Part shown: piece by piece, positions 11,004 to 26,103 of the stretch
How positions within the stretch are numbered: position 1 is the stretch's first letter
Layout: every line of letters starts with the position of its first letter
Origin: Octopus vulgaris
Taxonomy: Eukaryota
Assembly: GCA_951406725.2 (NCBI GenBank)
Contig: OX597822.1
Coordinates: 31,434,001 to 31,498,000, forward strand
Direction: 5' to 3'
Length of the DNA: 64,000 bases
Made by a program: the position numbers and the translations under genes
Notes under the pieces: model-generated
What the model saw: only the letters and a program-made list of their open reading frames with translations
The model's database searches: none
Told to the model about the DNA's origin: nothing

Positions 11004-13932
11004 TGATGTGTTGGTGCTGGTCTTGTGGCTGTTTCTGTTGTAATAGTAGCCACACATTGTAGTATTTTATGTTAAAACTAGAATATATCAGTCGTTATGC
11101 AAAAGTAAATGGCAATTCACCGATTTCGACGATGACTATTCACTTGTTTGAATAACTGTACTATTTATTCATTGAATTATCACGTGATGTGGCTGAGTGG
11201 TCCATAAATATGTGTGCTTTTATCATAATTCTAATGCAGAATCAACGCGACTTCTTCCACACCTTACACGTACTTTTACAATCCGCCCAACAGATATCCT
11301 ACCCGCTTGTACAAAATCATAAATGAGCAAACGACGAAAGTGAAAATCACATCCCTTACCCCAAATACTACGCAGCGGTATCTACCCGAAACTTAGTGAT
11401 TTCGAATTGAACGCGTCTTAACTACTCCGCCAAGCTATGTCCAGTGATCAGGGACGTAGAATCGCCGATTCCTATCAATTTCTACCTCAATTGGGTGAAA
11501 TTTTATCCTGTGACATTCAAGTATTTCTGGAACAATTCCAGCAATGGAGTGGTGTGTATTTGAGATTAACATAGCTTTCGAAGTGAAAGCCAGAGTAAGA
11601 AGCACAGTTCAAGATTCAGAGATGTAATCTTATTAACTGCAGCCGCTGGAAAACATCAGTATCAATCTGGTAATCCATCGCCTTGTTTGAATACTGCGTT
11701 TATTGTTTTACTGATTCCAGAGCTAAATAAATAAATAAATGTGTATGACGGTGGTATATAATTCTCTGTGAAACAAGAAATCACTACGCAAATGATAATC
11801 GAAATGGCTTCGGTATTTCGTATTTCTATTAAACACTTAAATCTACTCTGACATGAACTGGGTGCCATTTTTTTTCAGGAATTCAGTGCGGCTGCAGTAA
11901 TGCAATACTACATATCGACCCATTGACCAGTAATCTGATACAGTAATCATTCCGACATCTGCCATTAGCCAGGAAATGGTTGAAAATCAGCAAAGGACCG
12001 AAAGGTTACAAAGACGAAAATATAAAAGGAAAAAAAAAAAAGAAAAATAATGTTCAGAGGACCATTTGTAAATCTAAAAATATGAAATGTTTCTGTATAC
12101 AGTTACCACTTTTATCTTCGTAGTAACTTATTACTTCAGTTTGGAGTGGAAGTTCACAACAGATTATAGTCAATTTAGATGTCATATAATACCACTTTCA
12201 CTTATTGTTTGACACCATATATATAGACTCTCAATGGTACTTTTTATTTACTTCGTTTTTCAATGGAGAATACATGATAAAACCAGTGAACAAATTAGCA
12301 AAGTAATATCACTGTCAGACATAATAATAGCTTATGTTTCCAATAATTGCCTTCATATTATCAATACCATGGGACTCGTAGAATATACATATAAATATAT
12401 ACATGAGCATGTGTGTGCGTTTGTATGTACATATAGATAAGTACATGCACGTGTTCACATATATATGGAGTTATGTAAGTGCACACACATTTTGATATAG
12501 ATACATATACAGTTTTATATGTGAGTAAGTATGCGTATATTCATATGTGCCTGTGTATCTTTAACAAAATATCAGCAGTTTTGGAAGCTTATAAAAGCTA
12601 AGCGATCAAGTACTAGAATATTTTATTTCGGTATTAAACTTTCTTTCGCTCGAACGGTGCAATACGAGATGAGCTAATAATCAGCTAATTATATCCCAGT
12701 TTATTAAACATCGCAGTAGTTTGTCTGGGATTTCTAAGAAACTTAACAGAATTTGTCTAGTGACTTCATGGAACGCATCGTATACGTACACAGAGAAACG
12801 ATATATATTTCTAGTTTATGGATATTTCTTTGTATTAAAGAATAATTTGTGAGAAATACATTCATATGTTCAAATTAGGAAATTGAAACTTGCAATAACT
12901 GAAACTCAATGTGCAAGATTAAAGGTATATTGCTTTTTAAAAGACGGCAACTTTACCAAGAAGCCGTGATCCATCGATTTAAACATATTTACAATGTCGC
13001 TTGAGAATGAAGAGTTACCGATATGAAGAATACATCAATTCTATGTGTATATTACAACATTAGTGAGCTTCACAAACGACACGGACATGAGCTCCATTTC
13101 TCCTTCCCAAAAATGTTAGGCCTTAATTTTATTGTTCTTAATTTTCTTGTTTGCATATAAGTAAATGTTATACTAGTAACAAGCAAACATAGAGACGGCA
13201 TGAGCCGACATAAGATCACGTTCAGACACATAGTATGCTCATATTTGCACTTCATATACTACTTGTACTTATAAAGATTCACATTTATTCTGTAAATGCC
13301 AAAGTCTCCATCATAGCAATTCTTACATGAAGTGACTTGGAATAAACATAATTTTCTCTTTTGCTACTCTATTTTTATTTGTTTCCTTAAATTTAACGAA
13401 TCTGCAAATGATGTAGTTTTCTTTAGGGCTTAAAGACGTATATACAATATTTCCACTTTCTTAATATCTCGTTTAAGAATTTAGACTAATATTTACAATT
13501 CAATACTGACATGTCTTCTGGTTTGTTCTTTTTGTCTTAAATGTGAGTCTACTGCTTTCCTTCTCTCTCCCCCATCGCTCTTTGCAGGCATACATGCATT
13601 ACAAACACACACACACATATATATTCTTATAAACAGACATGTTGAAACAAAACCGTGATTTTAACTCATAGCTGTCAATGATTAAACATTCATAATTGGA
13701 ATGGATAAATAAAATTGAATGTTATGTATTTATGGAATTTTGATCTACTGCCGGATGACTTTCAGCCTAATCTGTATATATGTGTATGTATGTATATATA
13801 TATATATATATATATTTACTTAATCATTGGTATTTTATTGGTATTTAAATTTTAGTATTTCTATTATATGTAATTTTCTAGATGGTGTAATTTAATTGTT
13901 CATTTTGAATTGATAAAAGGTGTTTTGTTCTA

Positions 13933-13987
<55 letters not shown>

Positions 13988-14058
13988 TGTATGAAATTTG
14001 ATTTAGTATTTCTAAAATGAATTTTACCCCTGTAAGTTAGGATTAATATTTCCTCAAA

Positions 14059-14098
<40 letters not shown>

Positions 14099-14099
14099 A

Positions 14100-14170
14100 A
14101 GGGCGGTGCCCCAGCATGGCCTCAGCCGGATGGCTGAAACAAGTAAAAGAGTAAAATAGTAAAAGAGTAA
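14100..14170 (+). mobile_element. 3' tail fragment of SINE group A
   Basis: GGCGGTGCCCCAGCATGGCC...CTGAAACAAGTAAAAGAGTAAAATAGTAAAAGAG. Confidence 0.8.
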
Positions 14171-15391
14171 TATATGCGTGTATGTGTGTGTGTCAGTGTG
14201 TATCTCTCTCTCTCTCTCTCTCTCTCTCTTCCCTCTCTCCCTCCATATATACATATATAGGGATCAAAAGTGGAGCGAACAATAAGTTCAAAGCAACCTC
14301 AAGCACACACTCGTACTAGACAACAACTAGCCACACATGGTCGAAACATTTTATTCCTCCTCCATTCTTACCCTTCTGTAGATATCGCAATACTCCCATA
14401 CGTTCTTTAACACCACACATTTAGCAAAGCTATTATATGTAATATAACGCATAAAAATGACTTAAACATGAATTACACGTGCTCCTGCTCAACATGCTCA
14501 TTCTATGTGAAGTGAAGAAGGTTGCTTAACCACGTAGTAAGATTTCGAAAAGAACTAGTTTTAATGCTTTTTTTGTATATATATATATGAAACTTCATTT
14601 ATATATTATATTTATATTCGTGTGTTTGTGCTTATATATATATATATATATATATATTTATACACATATTCCACGCAAGTTGCACTGATCTCACTGCAGA
14701 CAGTTAATATCAGGCAGGTGGTGAGACAGTGAATAGACAACATATGTTAGGAAAAACAGTGGCGCATTTCTGTGGATTGTTTTTAAATAAAACAGCATGA
14801 AATGCATTACTGATCTCAAACGAGATGTGTTGCGATCGTGGTATGTGTTTATTTATAATACCACGATGCAAGACCTGCTGTGAATAATATTAAGTTTATA
14901 CACCGTTTCTCTATACATGAATACTTTAATAATTATAAAATAAAACAGTATTGTAAAGATATTAGAGTTGATAATAGTGATGGTTTTCTGAGTTAATTAC
15001 GACAATGCTAATGAAGCGAAAGGGATTGTTAACGATACCCACTACCCGGAATATAATGTAAATATGTATTTACCAATGAATGAATTTATAAGCGATTTCA
15101 ATCTTTATATGCCAGTGTGTTTGTTAGTCAGCAAAATATAATCAACTGGCGTTTATATAAACAATGTCTGTAAAATAAGATGTTGGTCTGATGTGAAGAC
15201 GCGTGTGTTCTGATGTTTCAAAGAGGGCAGTTTGCACTTTTTCTTCTTGACTTCTTTTTCCTCTGTGTGTGAGTGCATGCATTCACGCATGCATACAGAC
15301 ATTCATACATACATACATAGAGTCATACACACATACATGCATATATACATATATACATATGCATTTATAGCGTAAGATATAATATTATATA

Positions 15392-15600
15392 TGCTGATTT
15401 CAAATTTTGGCACATTGTCAGCAATTTTAGAGTTGGGAGAAGTTGATTACATTGACAGTATTACTTTACTGGTCCTCATTTTATCATCCCCAACATGATG
15501 AATGATAAATGGCTAAGTTGCGCCCGGTGGAATGTGCACTTATGACGCAAAGACGGGCAAAAGGCTGTTAATTATTTTCCCAGCCGAGTTAACGATTCGT
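15392..15600 (-). mobile_element. Degenerate group C SINE
   Basis: TTTCAAATTTTGGCACA, AAGTTGATTACATTGAC and TAACGATTC motifs as in other group C copies. Confidence 0.65.
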
Positions 15601-15959
15601 TACATATTTTTAAACTGTTTTATAATTTTTGTATGTATGACACCTCATATATCAATGGTTCCATTGACAGACCTTTGATGAAACATTTGTAATTCAATGA
15701 AATAAAAGGACTTCCTCAGTCTATTCGACCTCGTTTTAATCGTATGTATGTGTGTGAGTGTGTGCATGTGTGTTTGTGCGGGGACACATTTTTTCTCTCC
15801 ATCTTTCACTTTATTCAAACTGATTTCGTCAGTCCATTCTGTTAAAGCGCATCGGTTCGAAATGTCATCGATTTCTTTAATCGTTTCTGAGCATGTCCCT
15901 TATCCTCTTTGTTCCATATCTGTTTCTATCTTTTTTGGGGGGATTTTTGTTGAATTTGG

Positions 15960-16021
15960 AAATATATATATATACACATATATTTATACATATAACTATA
16001 TACATATGTATATAGATATAT

Positions 16022-16101
<80 letters not shown>

Positions 16102-16362
16102 TTTGCTATATGAATATATATTTATCTATCTATTCCTATATGTATATCTAACTATCTACTTATATATGTATGTATGTATGTATGTATATATATATATGTG
16201 TGTGTGTATGCATATGTATATATATATATGTATATATATATGTATATATATATATATATGCATGCATATGTATATATATATATTCATGCATATATATATA
16301 TACATATATATATATACATATATACATAGACGCACACATACACATATCACTCTCTCTCTCTC

Positions 16363-16430
<68 letters not shown>

Positions 16431-16460
16431 AAGTGAGAGAGAGAACGAGAAAGAGAGAGG
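15960..16460. repeat. Compound microsatellite block (TA/TCTA/TATG/GA)
   Basis: Direct reading of the sequence. Confidence 0.9.
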
Positions 16461-16713
16461 GATCTTTAAAAAATTCGAGGATAATAATTCATTTGTTGTT
16501 TGGTTTGAGACAACCCGCCTTTGAATTAATGTGAACGTCGTTGCGTTTCCGAAATCCACAAACACAGACCGAAATGGCGACGAAAAAGCATAGAAGGAAA
16601 AGAATGAAATAGAATATTATGATATGATGAAATGTGAAAAAAGAAAATGTGAAGGACGAGGTAGAGGAGAAGAACATAATGGAAGCACAGGACGAGGAGG
16701 TGAAAGCGGAAAA

Positions 16714-16782
<69 letters not shown>

Positions 16783-16872
16783 AAGTAGTAGTAGTTGTAG
16801 TAGTAGCGGCAGCAACAGCCGTAGCAGCAGTAGTAGTAGTAGTAATGGTGGTGGTGGTAGTAGTAGTAGTAT

Positions 16873-16919
<47 letters not shown>

Positions 16920-16948
16920 TAGTAGTAGTAGTAGTAGTAGTAGTAGTA
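16714..16948. repeat. (TAG)n trinucleotide microsatellite with CAG/TGG interruptions
   Basis: Direct reading; explains the poly-S/T/L ORFs. Confidence 0.95.
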
Positions 16949-17585
16949 TAAGAACACCAACGGCAACAAAAAGAAAAAAAATTGTGGAAGTAAAGACAGT
17001 AGCTAACTTGATTCAGTAAATAAAGATAGCAACGCACCATCTTCCCGTGATTAGTATATATAAGAATATAAGAACACACGCGTTCACTATTTTCTTGGCG
17101 ATTTGTAGTTTATTTTTTTCCTTTTTAATGATTTCATTATTCATTCATGTTTACTCTTATTTAACGTCGATGCAAACTTACATGAGCAGCAAGAGAAGCT
17201 TCGGAAAGGATTTTCTGTCATCCAATTTAATCAATTGATTGCGAAGACAAATCCAGCAAAGGAAAACAAGAAAATGGAAAGAAGTAACAAAATAAAATGG
17301 AATGAAGTAATATAACAACGAGGTCAGTAACAACAGCAAACGGTTAGAACGGTGGAACGAGGCCTGCATAAGCTGCAATAGCGAACACACGAATGTAAAT
17401 GAAAAGACGGTGGATGTAGTTGTTCTAATAAAACGTTATATAAATCTTAAGTAAAATCCTCGTTACGCATATATATTTTTTTTCTCCTTTTAAACGTAAA
17501 TGACGAGTTTGCTGCTTCCGTCAGTCGGTGAAAGATTGAACCGCTACTTAACTAATAGGAATTAACGTAGAAAATAATGGTTTGC

Positions 17586-17616
<31 letters not shown>

Positions 17617-17634
17617 TGTGTGTGTGGGTGGGGG

Positions 17635-17845
17635 GGAGGCGCGAGGCTTAGTGGTTAGGGTGTCAGCATCATGATCGGAAGATTGTGGTTTCGATTTCTG
17701 GAGCGGGCGACGCGTTATGTTCTGGAGCAAAACACTTCAGATTTCACGTTGCTCCAGTTCACTCAGCTGGGGAACATATACGCCCTTGAAACTGGGAAAC
17801 CGGGCTCACGAGACTGGCCAGGCTTTAAAAGGGCGCACTTATTAT
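17635..17845 (+). mobile_element. tRNA-derived SINE group B, internally deleted
   Basis: GGAGGCGCGAGGCTTAGTGGTTAGG (A-box) and GGTTTCGATTTC (B-box), core GAGCAAAACACTTCAGATTTCACGTTGCTCCAG, and tail GGCTTTAAAAGGGCGCA shared with 23194-23456. Confidence 0.85.
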
Positions 17846-18047
17846 ATTTATGTATACATTTGTGTGTATATATACCCTTAATTAATTAATTAATTAATTT
17901 TACCCTCAATTGTTGAAAGTATATATATATATATATATATATATTGGTCAAAAAACGAAGTAAGATAACAAAAGAAGAAAGAGACCTCAATATTATGTAA
18001 ATCAGAGGAAATTTATCTTGATTCATTTTAGTAATTGTAACATATTA

Positions 18048-18136
18048 TTTTATATATATATATATATATATATGCATATATATATATACATTTGTGTGTA
18101 TATATATATATATATTTGTGTATACATATATATGTA

Positions 18137-18204
<68 letters not shown>

Positions 18205-18290
18205 CGTATATATATATGCATATATATATATATATATATGCATGTATATGTATGCATCTATGTACGCACACACACGCATATATATACACG
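18048..18290. repeat. (TA)n-based compound microsatellite
   Basis: Direct reading of the sequence. Confidence 0.95.
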
Positions 18291-20014
18291 TTGAAATACA
18301 TAAACCTACATTCACATTTACACTCTCGCATACATATTGGTGTAAAACAAGTAACGTGAGCTACAAATCAGTTCTCAGTACACCACCTGAATTACGAACT
18401 GCGTTGAGCACTCCTGTTTCGACAGAGTTTTATATTCATATATATGTATGTGTGCGCTCACGCCAGTACGTTTGTGTGTGTGTGTGTGCGCGCATGTATG
18501 TGCATATGTGCGTGCGTGTGTTTGTGTGTGTGTGTGTGTATGTGTTGTAAAGGTTCACGTGGAAAATTTTTACATTAGATTTGGCAATGACTTCAAGCTG
18601 AGAAGGTAAATAGAACGTCACACTTCATAACATTTTGATTAGAATTATGTGAAACCTTTAAAATTCTATTTGTCACATGTGTTACACCCTCAGCAGTTGA
18701 TATTTGAATCATTATAGTACTGATGTCCCTTACAATTGTTATTCAAAGGTTCACATCACAACGAGTATCCCTTTCAACTGCAAGACGATTCATCTTTTGG
18801 ATTTAAATTGCATGAAGCATGAAAATTCACTTTCATGAATGTGAATTGATTCAAATGTTAGAAGAAATCTTAATGCCCTGCTTGAAAGAGCTTTGCAGCT
18901 GACAGGCACGCAAATTCACTTTGAATTTTAAAAAAAATGGTTTCCCTGCATCTTCTCATGAACGGTTTTTATATTTCAAGTTAAAGGTTTTCACTATGAA
19001 AATGAATAGCACTATTGTTACTATCATGTCAACCTTTGAGGAATAACCTTGAAATTATACACTTTTTTCATAAAATGGCCGATAATTTAAATTCAATATT
19101 CCATTAGCATGGGAATTTATTGAACATCATTTTAATAGCCAGCACCCCACAGCTCAGTTTTAAGATTTTAAAGACGATTGGTTAAATTGAAATGAGAATA
19201 ATTTTGTAATTTTCGTTGTAAGTGATGACTTCTTCAAAACACCGAATGTATTTGCTGTGACGAAACACTAAATTTAACTAATATATTTAGTACCTGTTCA
19301 TAACATTCGCATGGAAAAATGGCATGCACATTTTCAATGTTGGGTTACAAGCAATCCTACAATAATCTCTGCGTTAGAGTTTTCACATTATATCTATCTC
19401 AATGATGTTGGTGAGCTAAGTTCCATCACATGTTTTGCTGACTAGATTTCCGTGTTGTTCCAGAGCACTTATTTTTTTTCGTTTTTACCAAATCAGTTCA
19501 AAGAATTCTGTACTTGGTTCATGGCTGTTACTAGGTTGTTGAAAGAATTTTGAAGCAGCTTTCTTTGTTGACAGACCATATATATCTATTCATGTTGGTG
19601 TATGTTCCAACATGCACAGAATCATCTAGTCGATGATCCTGTTCTCTATGTTCGTCTTTTTTGTTACCTTCAGATTATAATTTGTTCTCCGATATTTTAC
19701 CTTTTCGGTGCTCAAATGTGGTTGGCACGCTTAAGCGAACTGAGGATTGTTACTTTCTACCTCAGGAATCTTTTACGACTATGAAGAATGTACCCTGATC
19801 ATGATAGTTGAACAAATGCTATCTTTTGCCACGGCCTCACCAAGGATCTTTCAGTTTCTTTGAGAACTTTTGAACATCAGATCCAGTTTTGATTCAGTTT
19901 TCCTATATAACCTATGTTAATATTTTTTTTATTTATCCGACTGTTTGTGCGACTGCCTTGGAGATGGCATGTTTGTATTTTACGCATGCAGAGTTGATGT
20001 AGTGATTTCATGTA

Positions 20015-20403
20015 GTGGAGGCGCAATGGCTCAGTGGTTAGGGCAGCGGACTCGCGGTCATAGGATCGCGGTTTCGATTCCCAGACCGGGCGTTGTGAGT
20101 GTTTATTGATCGAAAACACCTAAAAAAAGCTCCACGAGGCTCCGGCAGGGGATGGTGGTGATCCCTGCTGTACTCTTTCACCACAACTTTCTCTCACTCT
20201 TACTTCCTGTTTCTGTTGTACATGTATTTCAAGGGGCCGGCCTTGTTACTCTCTGTGTCACGCTGAATATCCCCGAGAACTACGTTAAGGGTGCACTAGT
20301 CTGTGGAGTGCTCAGCCACTTACACGTTAATTTCACGAGCAGGCTGTTCCGTTGATTCGGATCAACCGGAACCCTCATCGTCGTAACCGACGGAGTGCTT
20401 CCA
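20015..20403 (+). mobile_element. Young full-length tRNA-derived SINE (group D) with 15-bp TSD
   Basis: A-box TGGCTCAGTGG and B-box GGTTTCGATTCCC. Exact direct repeat TAGTGATTTCATGTA at 20000-20014 and 20404-20418. Confidence 0.93.
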
Positions 20404-21543
20404 TAGTGATTTCATGTAAAAGTTTCAGTGCATCAAAAGACATACCTTCCCACGTGGAGTAATTAGTTGCTTTCGATCATTGTGCAAAGCATGATATGAG
20501 CCATGCCACGTTACCAATGCTTAATTACACAGAGCTGCTTAATGTCTTTTATAACTTGTGTATAGATAATCAAGAAGTCGATCTGGCACTACGTTTTTGA
20601 TCGCAGAGTTGTTAGATATCCTGGCTACCCGGATACACAAATCGTGGTAATAAACTTAAGTGGATACAGGTTGCAGATGTGCTGAATATTTGTAGAACAG
20701 CTTCTGAGCGACACTTGTTTGAACGAAATGCCTTTCAAAGAGAGTGTTCTATAACTATTACTACTATTCGTTACGTATGAAAAAATCACGTTTACTTATA
20801 TTGGTAACTTTATTTACATTGGTAACTTAGCTTGGTATGTTTACTTACCACTGATAAAAGTCATTGGTAGTATATTGAATAGGAAGAATAAATCGTAACT
20901 ATACAGATACGAAGGCGATTCAGTAATATATTATATTATTGGGGTAATATTTCTTTCTCTAATTACTCGTAACGTCATTCAGAATAATGAGACAGAATAC
21001 CGTGACATCGTAATATGCATGTGATACACAAACGATAGGAAGTGTAAAGTAAATGTGAAAGGGACCGATGGAAAGGAAACCTCTGTAACTAAATGTTAGG
21101 ATCTATAATTCTAGAGACCTCTACTGAAGTAATTTGCATTACAATTGAAATATAAACATACGTGAGCGATATATACTTATGTTATCGATTGACAAAATAT
21201 TTATTCCGCTAAAACGAAGTACTTTGAAGAGTTTTCTCTTGATTAGTTAAGAATTAATTAGAGACAGTTCTTCACAGAGACAACCGTATATATAAAGATA
21301 TCTATAAGACAAAACTACGCAGATAAAAGAGAATCTCCTGATAAGGTAGTATATAAGAGATTGCAGGTGTGCACGTATATGTGCATGTGTGCGTGTGTGT
21401 ATTTGTTTATCTCTCTGCATCTCTCTGTTTCTCTCTCTCTCTCTATCTCGATATAAACATACATGCACTCATATGTATATACATATAATCAAACAAACAC
21501 ACACACATACACACTCAGACACATATATGTATATAATATCTTA

Positions 21544-21832
21544 TACTCTCTTTACTCTTTACTCTTTTACTTGTTTCAGTCATTTTACTGTGGCCATGCT
21601 GGAGCACCGCCTTTAGTCGAGCAAATTGACCCCAGGACTTATTCTTTGTAAGCCTAGCACTTATTCTATCAGATTGTTTTGCCGAACCACTAGGTTACGG
21701 GAACGTAAACACACCAGCATCGGTTGTCAAGTGATGTTGGGGCGACAAACACAGACACACAAACATATACACGCACACACGCATACATATACACACACAC
21801 ACACACATACATACATACATACACACACACAT

Positions 21833-21869
<37 letters not shown>

Positions 21870-22078
21870 GACAGACAGACAGAGAGATAGATTGATAGAT
21901 AGATAGATATACATGTATACGACGAGATTGTTTTAGTTTCCGTCAACCAAATCCACTCTCAAGGCTTTGGTCGGTCCGAGACTATTGTGGAAGACACTTG
22001 CCGAATGTGCCACGCAGTGAGACTGAATCCAGAACCATGTGGTTCGTAAGCAAGTTACCACACAGCCATTCCTACGCT
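21544..22078 (-). mobile_element. SINE group A with expanded internal microsatellite
   Basis: Colinear with the other group A copies; the internal CA/TA/GATA tract is expanded to roughly 170 bp. Confidence 0.92.
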
Positions 22079-23193
22079 TAAATATAATATATATATATAT
22101 AACTCTGAAATACAGAGATGAGACTCCAATTGAGTGAAGCCATTTGCGTTGTGTGAATGGCCTTGTATGAATTCAGTTGTGTAGTTATTTTATAAATATG
22201 TGTATACTTATACGAACTGGCGTGTAATTTTACATCATGATGTGTTTTGCGAATGGAGTTCACGATAAAAAAGATTGTGTCTATGACGTAGTGACCCTGA
22301 ATTTTTGGTAGGAAATTCTAGATTTAGATAATCATTATATAATGAGATAATCAGGAGAATTTATTTCTGTGCTGAGTTTTATATATTATAATAATTTGCA
22401 ATGCTACAACTGTTCAAATAATATCTCTTTCCTCAGAAAGTCGTTGGTGGATTAAAAAAAAAAGCGCTTCAAATATTAAATGACTGAAACCTCCAGTTGG
22501 CTGCTGCACACAAACCTTTGTCAGTTCATATCAAATCCATATATACTTCCTAGAACTCTAACAGATCTTTGAAGTGATCACGGCTTAACAATACACGAGG
22601 CGAGTTAACTCTAACAAATCGCTTCCAACATTCGGCTTATGGGATGCAAACTTTTACTTTCAAACATTTTGGTAGAAAGATTTTAGATTGGTATCGCTCA
22701 CATTGTAACCACACGAAAATATATAGATTTGCTCAAGTAAAATTAAATAGACTCTAGAAATGCATTTCCACTTCATTTTTTTGCCAGGATTTCTTTGGAA
22801 AATATTTGACACCTATATTCACCAGGACATTTTCCAAATCTATTACCTTTGTCTTCTGCTAGTTATACAAACTAATCCCATACGACAACTACGCATCAGT
22901 TGTAGTTAGGATACATATTACTATTTATAAAGCAAAATACGTTCCATTATTACAGCAGTTACTAATCAATTGGAATAAATGTACACATATTGTAACATAG
23001 AATATGAATATCTTATACACCTGAATAAAATCTTTCTCTATTAAATATTTAAAAGTACGGTTTGGTAGATCTCAGATCTGAGGCCGAGTTTACCAACGTA
23101 TATAATATGATAATGTGGATATCAACGAACTCACAAAAATACTTACTTTCTTATCCACCTGTCTACCTTCCTACATGTCTATAAAACAAAATA

Positions 23194-23456
23194 AACTAAT
23201 AAAATAAATGCGCCCTTTTAAAGCCTAGCCAGGCTCATGGGCCCGGTTTCCCGGTTTCAGTGGTGTATGTATTCCCCAGATGGACGGGACGCCAGTCCAT
23301 CGCAGCGTTACACATTTTTGCCAGCTAAGTGGACTGGAGCAAAGTGAAATGAAGTGTTTTGCTCAAGAACACAATGCGTCACCCGGTCCAGGAATCGAAA
23401 CCACAATCTTACGATCATGATGCTGACACACTAACCACTAAGCCAAGCGCCTCCAC
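23194..23456 (-). mobile_element. SINE group B with 13-bp TSD
   Basis: Minus-strand head GTGGAGGCGCTTGGCTTAGTGGTTAG...GGTTTCGATTCC. Exact direct repeat ATAAAACAAAATA at 23181-23193 and 23457-23469. Confidence 0.92.
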
Positions 23457-23815
23457 ATAAAACAAAATACCTACAGAATATTCATTCTAAATTCCATTCA
23501 AATGTGTGATACACTGGGTGTATCAATCTTCTACCATAGAGTCGGATTTGATCGGTAGAACAACGAGGGAAACCGTCATAAGACGCACAATGGAATGCTG
23601 TACAGCCACTTAGTGATTACAAGATCGATGAAATATAAGTAGGCAAAATCTCAGATTTCATATAATCGACAAAAGACACTCAAGTGGTTGCGAAAGTAAG
23701 GCATTCTTAAAAGTGTAAGTCACTAAATGAATATGTATATTATATTGATAGTGTATATATATAAATATAATATATATATATAAATACGTACGCACACACA
23801 CACACACACATACGG

Positions 23816-23872
<57 letters not shown>

Positions 23873-24962
23873 CATGTCTGGACAATTATATTCAAAATAT
23901 TTTTCTGTATTTTTATTTAGATCTTGTATTTTTATAACAGGTAATGCTATGGCTTAGCAGAGTATGCCTCAGATTAAAAGCATTGAATTATTTGTGTATT
24001 CCCACCAACAAACTTTAATACAAGCCTCAGAGTTTAAAAAAGACAAATCAATATTTAATGTAGTGTTTCTTAATTCCAAGTTTCTAATCATACCAAAGTC
24101 GATGTTAATGTACGCCTTTCCAAGCTGATACAAGAATAGAAATGGTGTTTTCCTCAATGATTTATACAACTTTGAAATTACAATTTATATGCTAATATTG
24201 CCAAATCGAATATCATAAATGTGTTTGTAATGTGTAATTACGAAATCATTTTTTATTAGAAAGGTTACTGCAATTAATATAAACTATCATTACAATCACT
24301 TTCGTCTAGATTGAATTGACATGTTTTATTACATCCACCAAATCGTTAAAAAGAAAAAAATATAATAATAATATAAAGTTTCCAAATAAAATCAAAAATT
24401 TGCTTAGCTTCTTCAGATAAAGACATCCTTCATCACTTTGAAAATTAATATTATTGCTAATAATTTTATAGCTATTCTGAGAGAAATGTTTCCACTACAA
24501 AGACTGGAAGTATTAATATAATGTTATACAACTAGGAAAATAAAAGCAAATGGAAACAATCAAGAAATTGGTGATCTGAATACTCAGCAGGAAAATAAAA
24601 CAGAAAACAAGCGCAAATATGATTATTTTGTGACTTTCAAATCTGATAACGCTGTCAATATTAGTTTTACACGAAATTTATATTCGTTGTTGAAAAGAAG
24701 ACACTAATATAGAACATATGTTTAAGTAATGGTTTCTGATTTAGGCACATAACTATTGTTTCCTAGGGTTGTTTTAGACACGCGATTATTTATTTATAAA
24801 CATCGGGGAAATATTAAACTTAAAACTTAACTACATCATTGTAGTCAGCATGAATCAAAATTCAGCCACTATTATTCAGTTATTTGCGTGTTTTTGACTA
24901 CCAGACATAGTTCTATTACACTCACACAGACACACACACACACGCACATGCACTCACACACA

Positions 24963-25044
<82 letters not shown>

Positions 25045-25045
<1 letters not shown>

Positions 25046-25185
25046 TACAGACTTCTTTCAATTTCTGTGAATCAAATCAATCGACTCAATTTTTCGGCCG
25101 ATTCCACGTTATAGAAGGAGAGATTAGCCCAAGGTACCACTGCGTGGTACTTTGGAACCATGTGGTTGTGAAGCAACCACATAGT
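25045..25185 (-). mobile_element. Degenerate head fragment of SINE group A
   Basis: GACTTCTTTCAATTTC...GCCCAAGGTACCAC...GGAACCATGTGGTTG. Confidence 0.65.
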
Positions 25186-25764
25186 TCTCATATATCTATA
25201 TCCATATATGTATATAATTACATGTACATATATATATATATATATACACATACACACAAATATATATGTGTGTGTGTATATATAGATATATATAAGTGTA
25301 CATGTGTGTGTGTATGTGCGTTTTTCCTCTCTCTATCTATCTATATCTATATATATATCTATATATATTATATCTATACATACACTGCAGTGACAAGCAT
25401 TCAAATGCCATCTTTGTCTCCTAAACCCCTTAAGAACGTATACAACTTCCAGTAGCATGGAATACCTCAGGTTAGGAAAAGTATATAGTTCGACTGAAAT
25501 TTATGTGAAATATATAGAGTATTCGGTTACTTTTGATGATGTTTATGAATCATTTCCTTAGAAATAATTGCTTAATAATCATCGGTGTTGAAGTGTATGT
25601 AGATTAAGGTTTTAGTTGAGAAAACGTTATCTGGAAACCACTTGAATATTGGACAACAATTGTCTATATCATGTTCATTTACGCAGCGCATCAAAATGAC
25701 GAATTTTTGTGCAGGAAAGCACACAGCAAGCTTTGTGACTGCATAATTAATTGGGGGAATTATG

Positions 25765-26103
25765 CTCAATTCAGATGGTTATGTGAAGCTGCTACAAGGC
25801 CATATGTTTGGCAGTAGGATTCAGCTATTTGGAATCCTTCAGGAAAGATTTGAAATGGCTGGCGGTGAATTGTTACGACCAATTTCTAGCCTCGTGTTTC
25901 CCCCGGCTGTAATACCATTGATATCTATGTGAGGACCGCGGTTGAGAAAGATATCATTCGCTCTGCATGGAACACCAAGGCTGTCCTGGCGGCCAAAATC
26001 AAGAGATGTTCTAAGATCTTGTTAGGAAGACAATGTAGAATGTATGCATCCAGTTCCTGAGTCGTCTTGAAGCAGTGGTGGAAGCCGAGGGGTCTTTGAG
26101 TGA
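25765..26103 (+). pseudogene. Decayed Tc1/mariner-superfamily transposase, C-terminal catalytic region (maT/DD37D-like)
   Basis: Frameshifted translation gives LNSDGYVKLL / RPYVWQ*DSA / KWLAVNCYD / PGCNTIDIYVRTAVEKDIIRSAWNTKAVLAAKIK / FLSRLEAVVEAEG. These match the QQDSAP, SPDxNPxDY and RLxAVxxAxG motifs in the correct order. Confidence 0.82.

Noticed and set aside
16489-17079. Poly-Ser/Thr/Leu ORFs here and at 10782-11057
   Set aside because: (TAG)n/(TAT)n trinucleotide repeats with no splice or domain support.
20015-20095. tRNA-like sequences at SINE heads (also 7289, 17635, 23456, 37121)
   Set aside because: A and B boxes are present but continue into SINE bodies, several with TSDs, and no full cloverleaf is evident.
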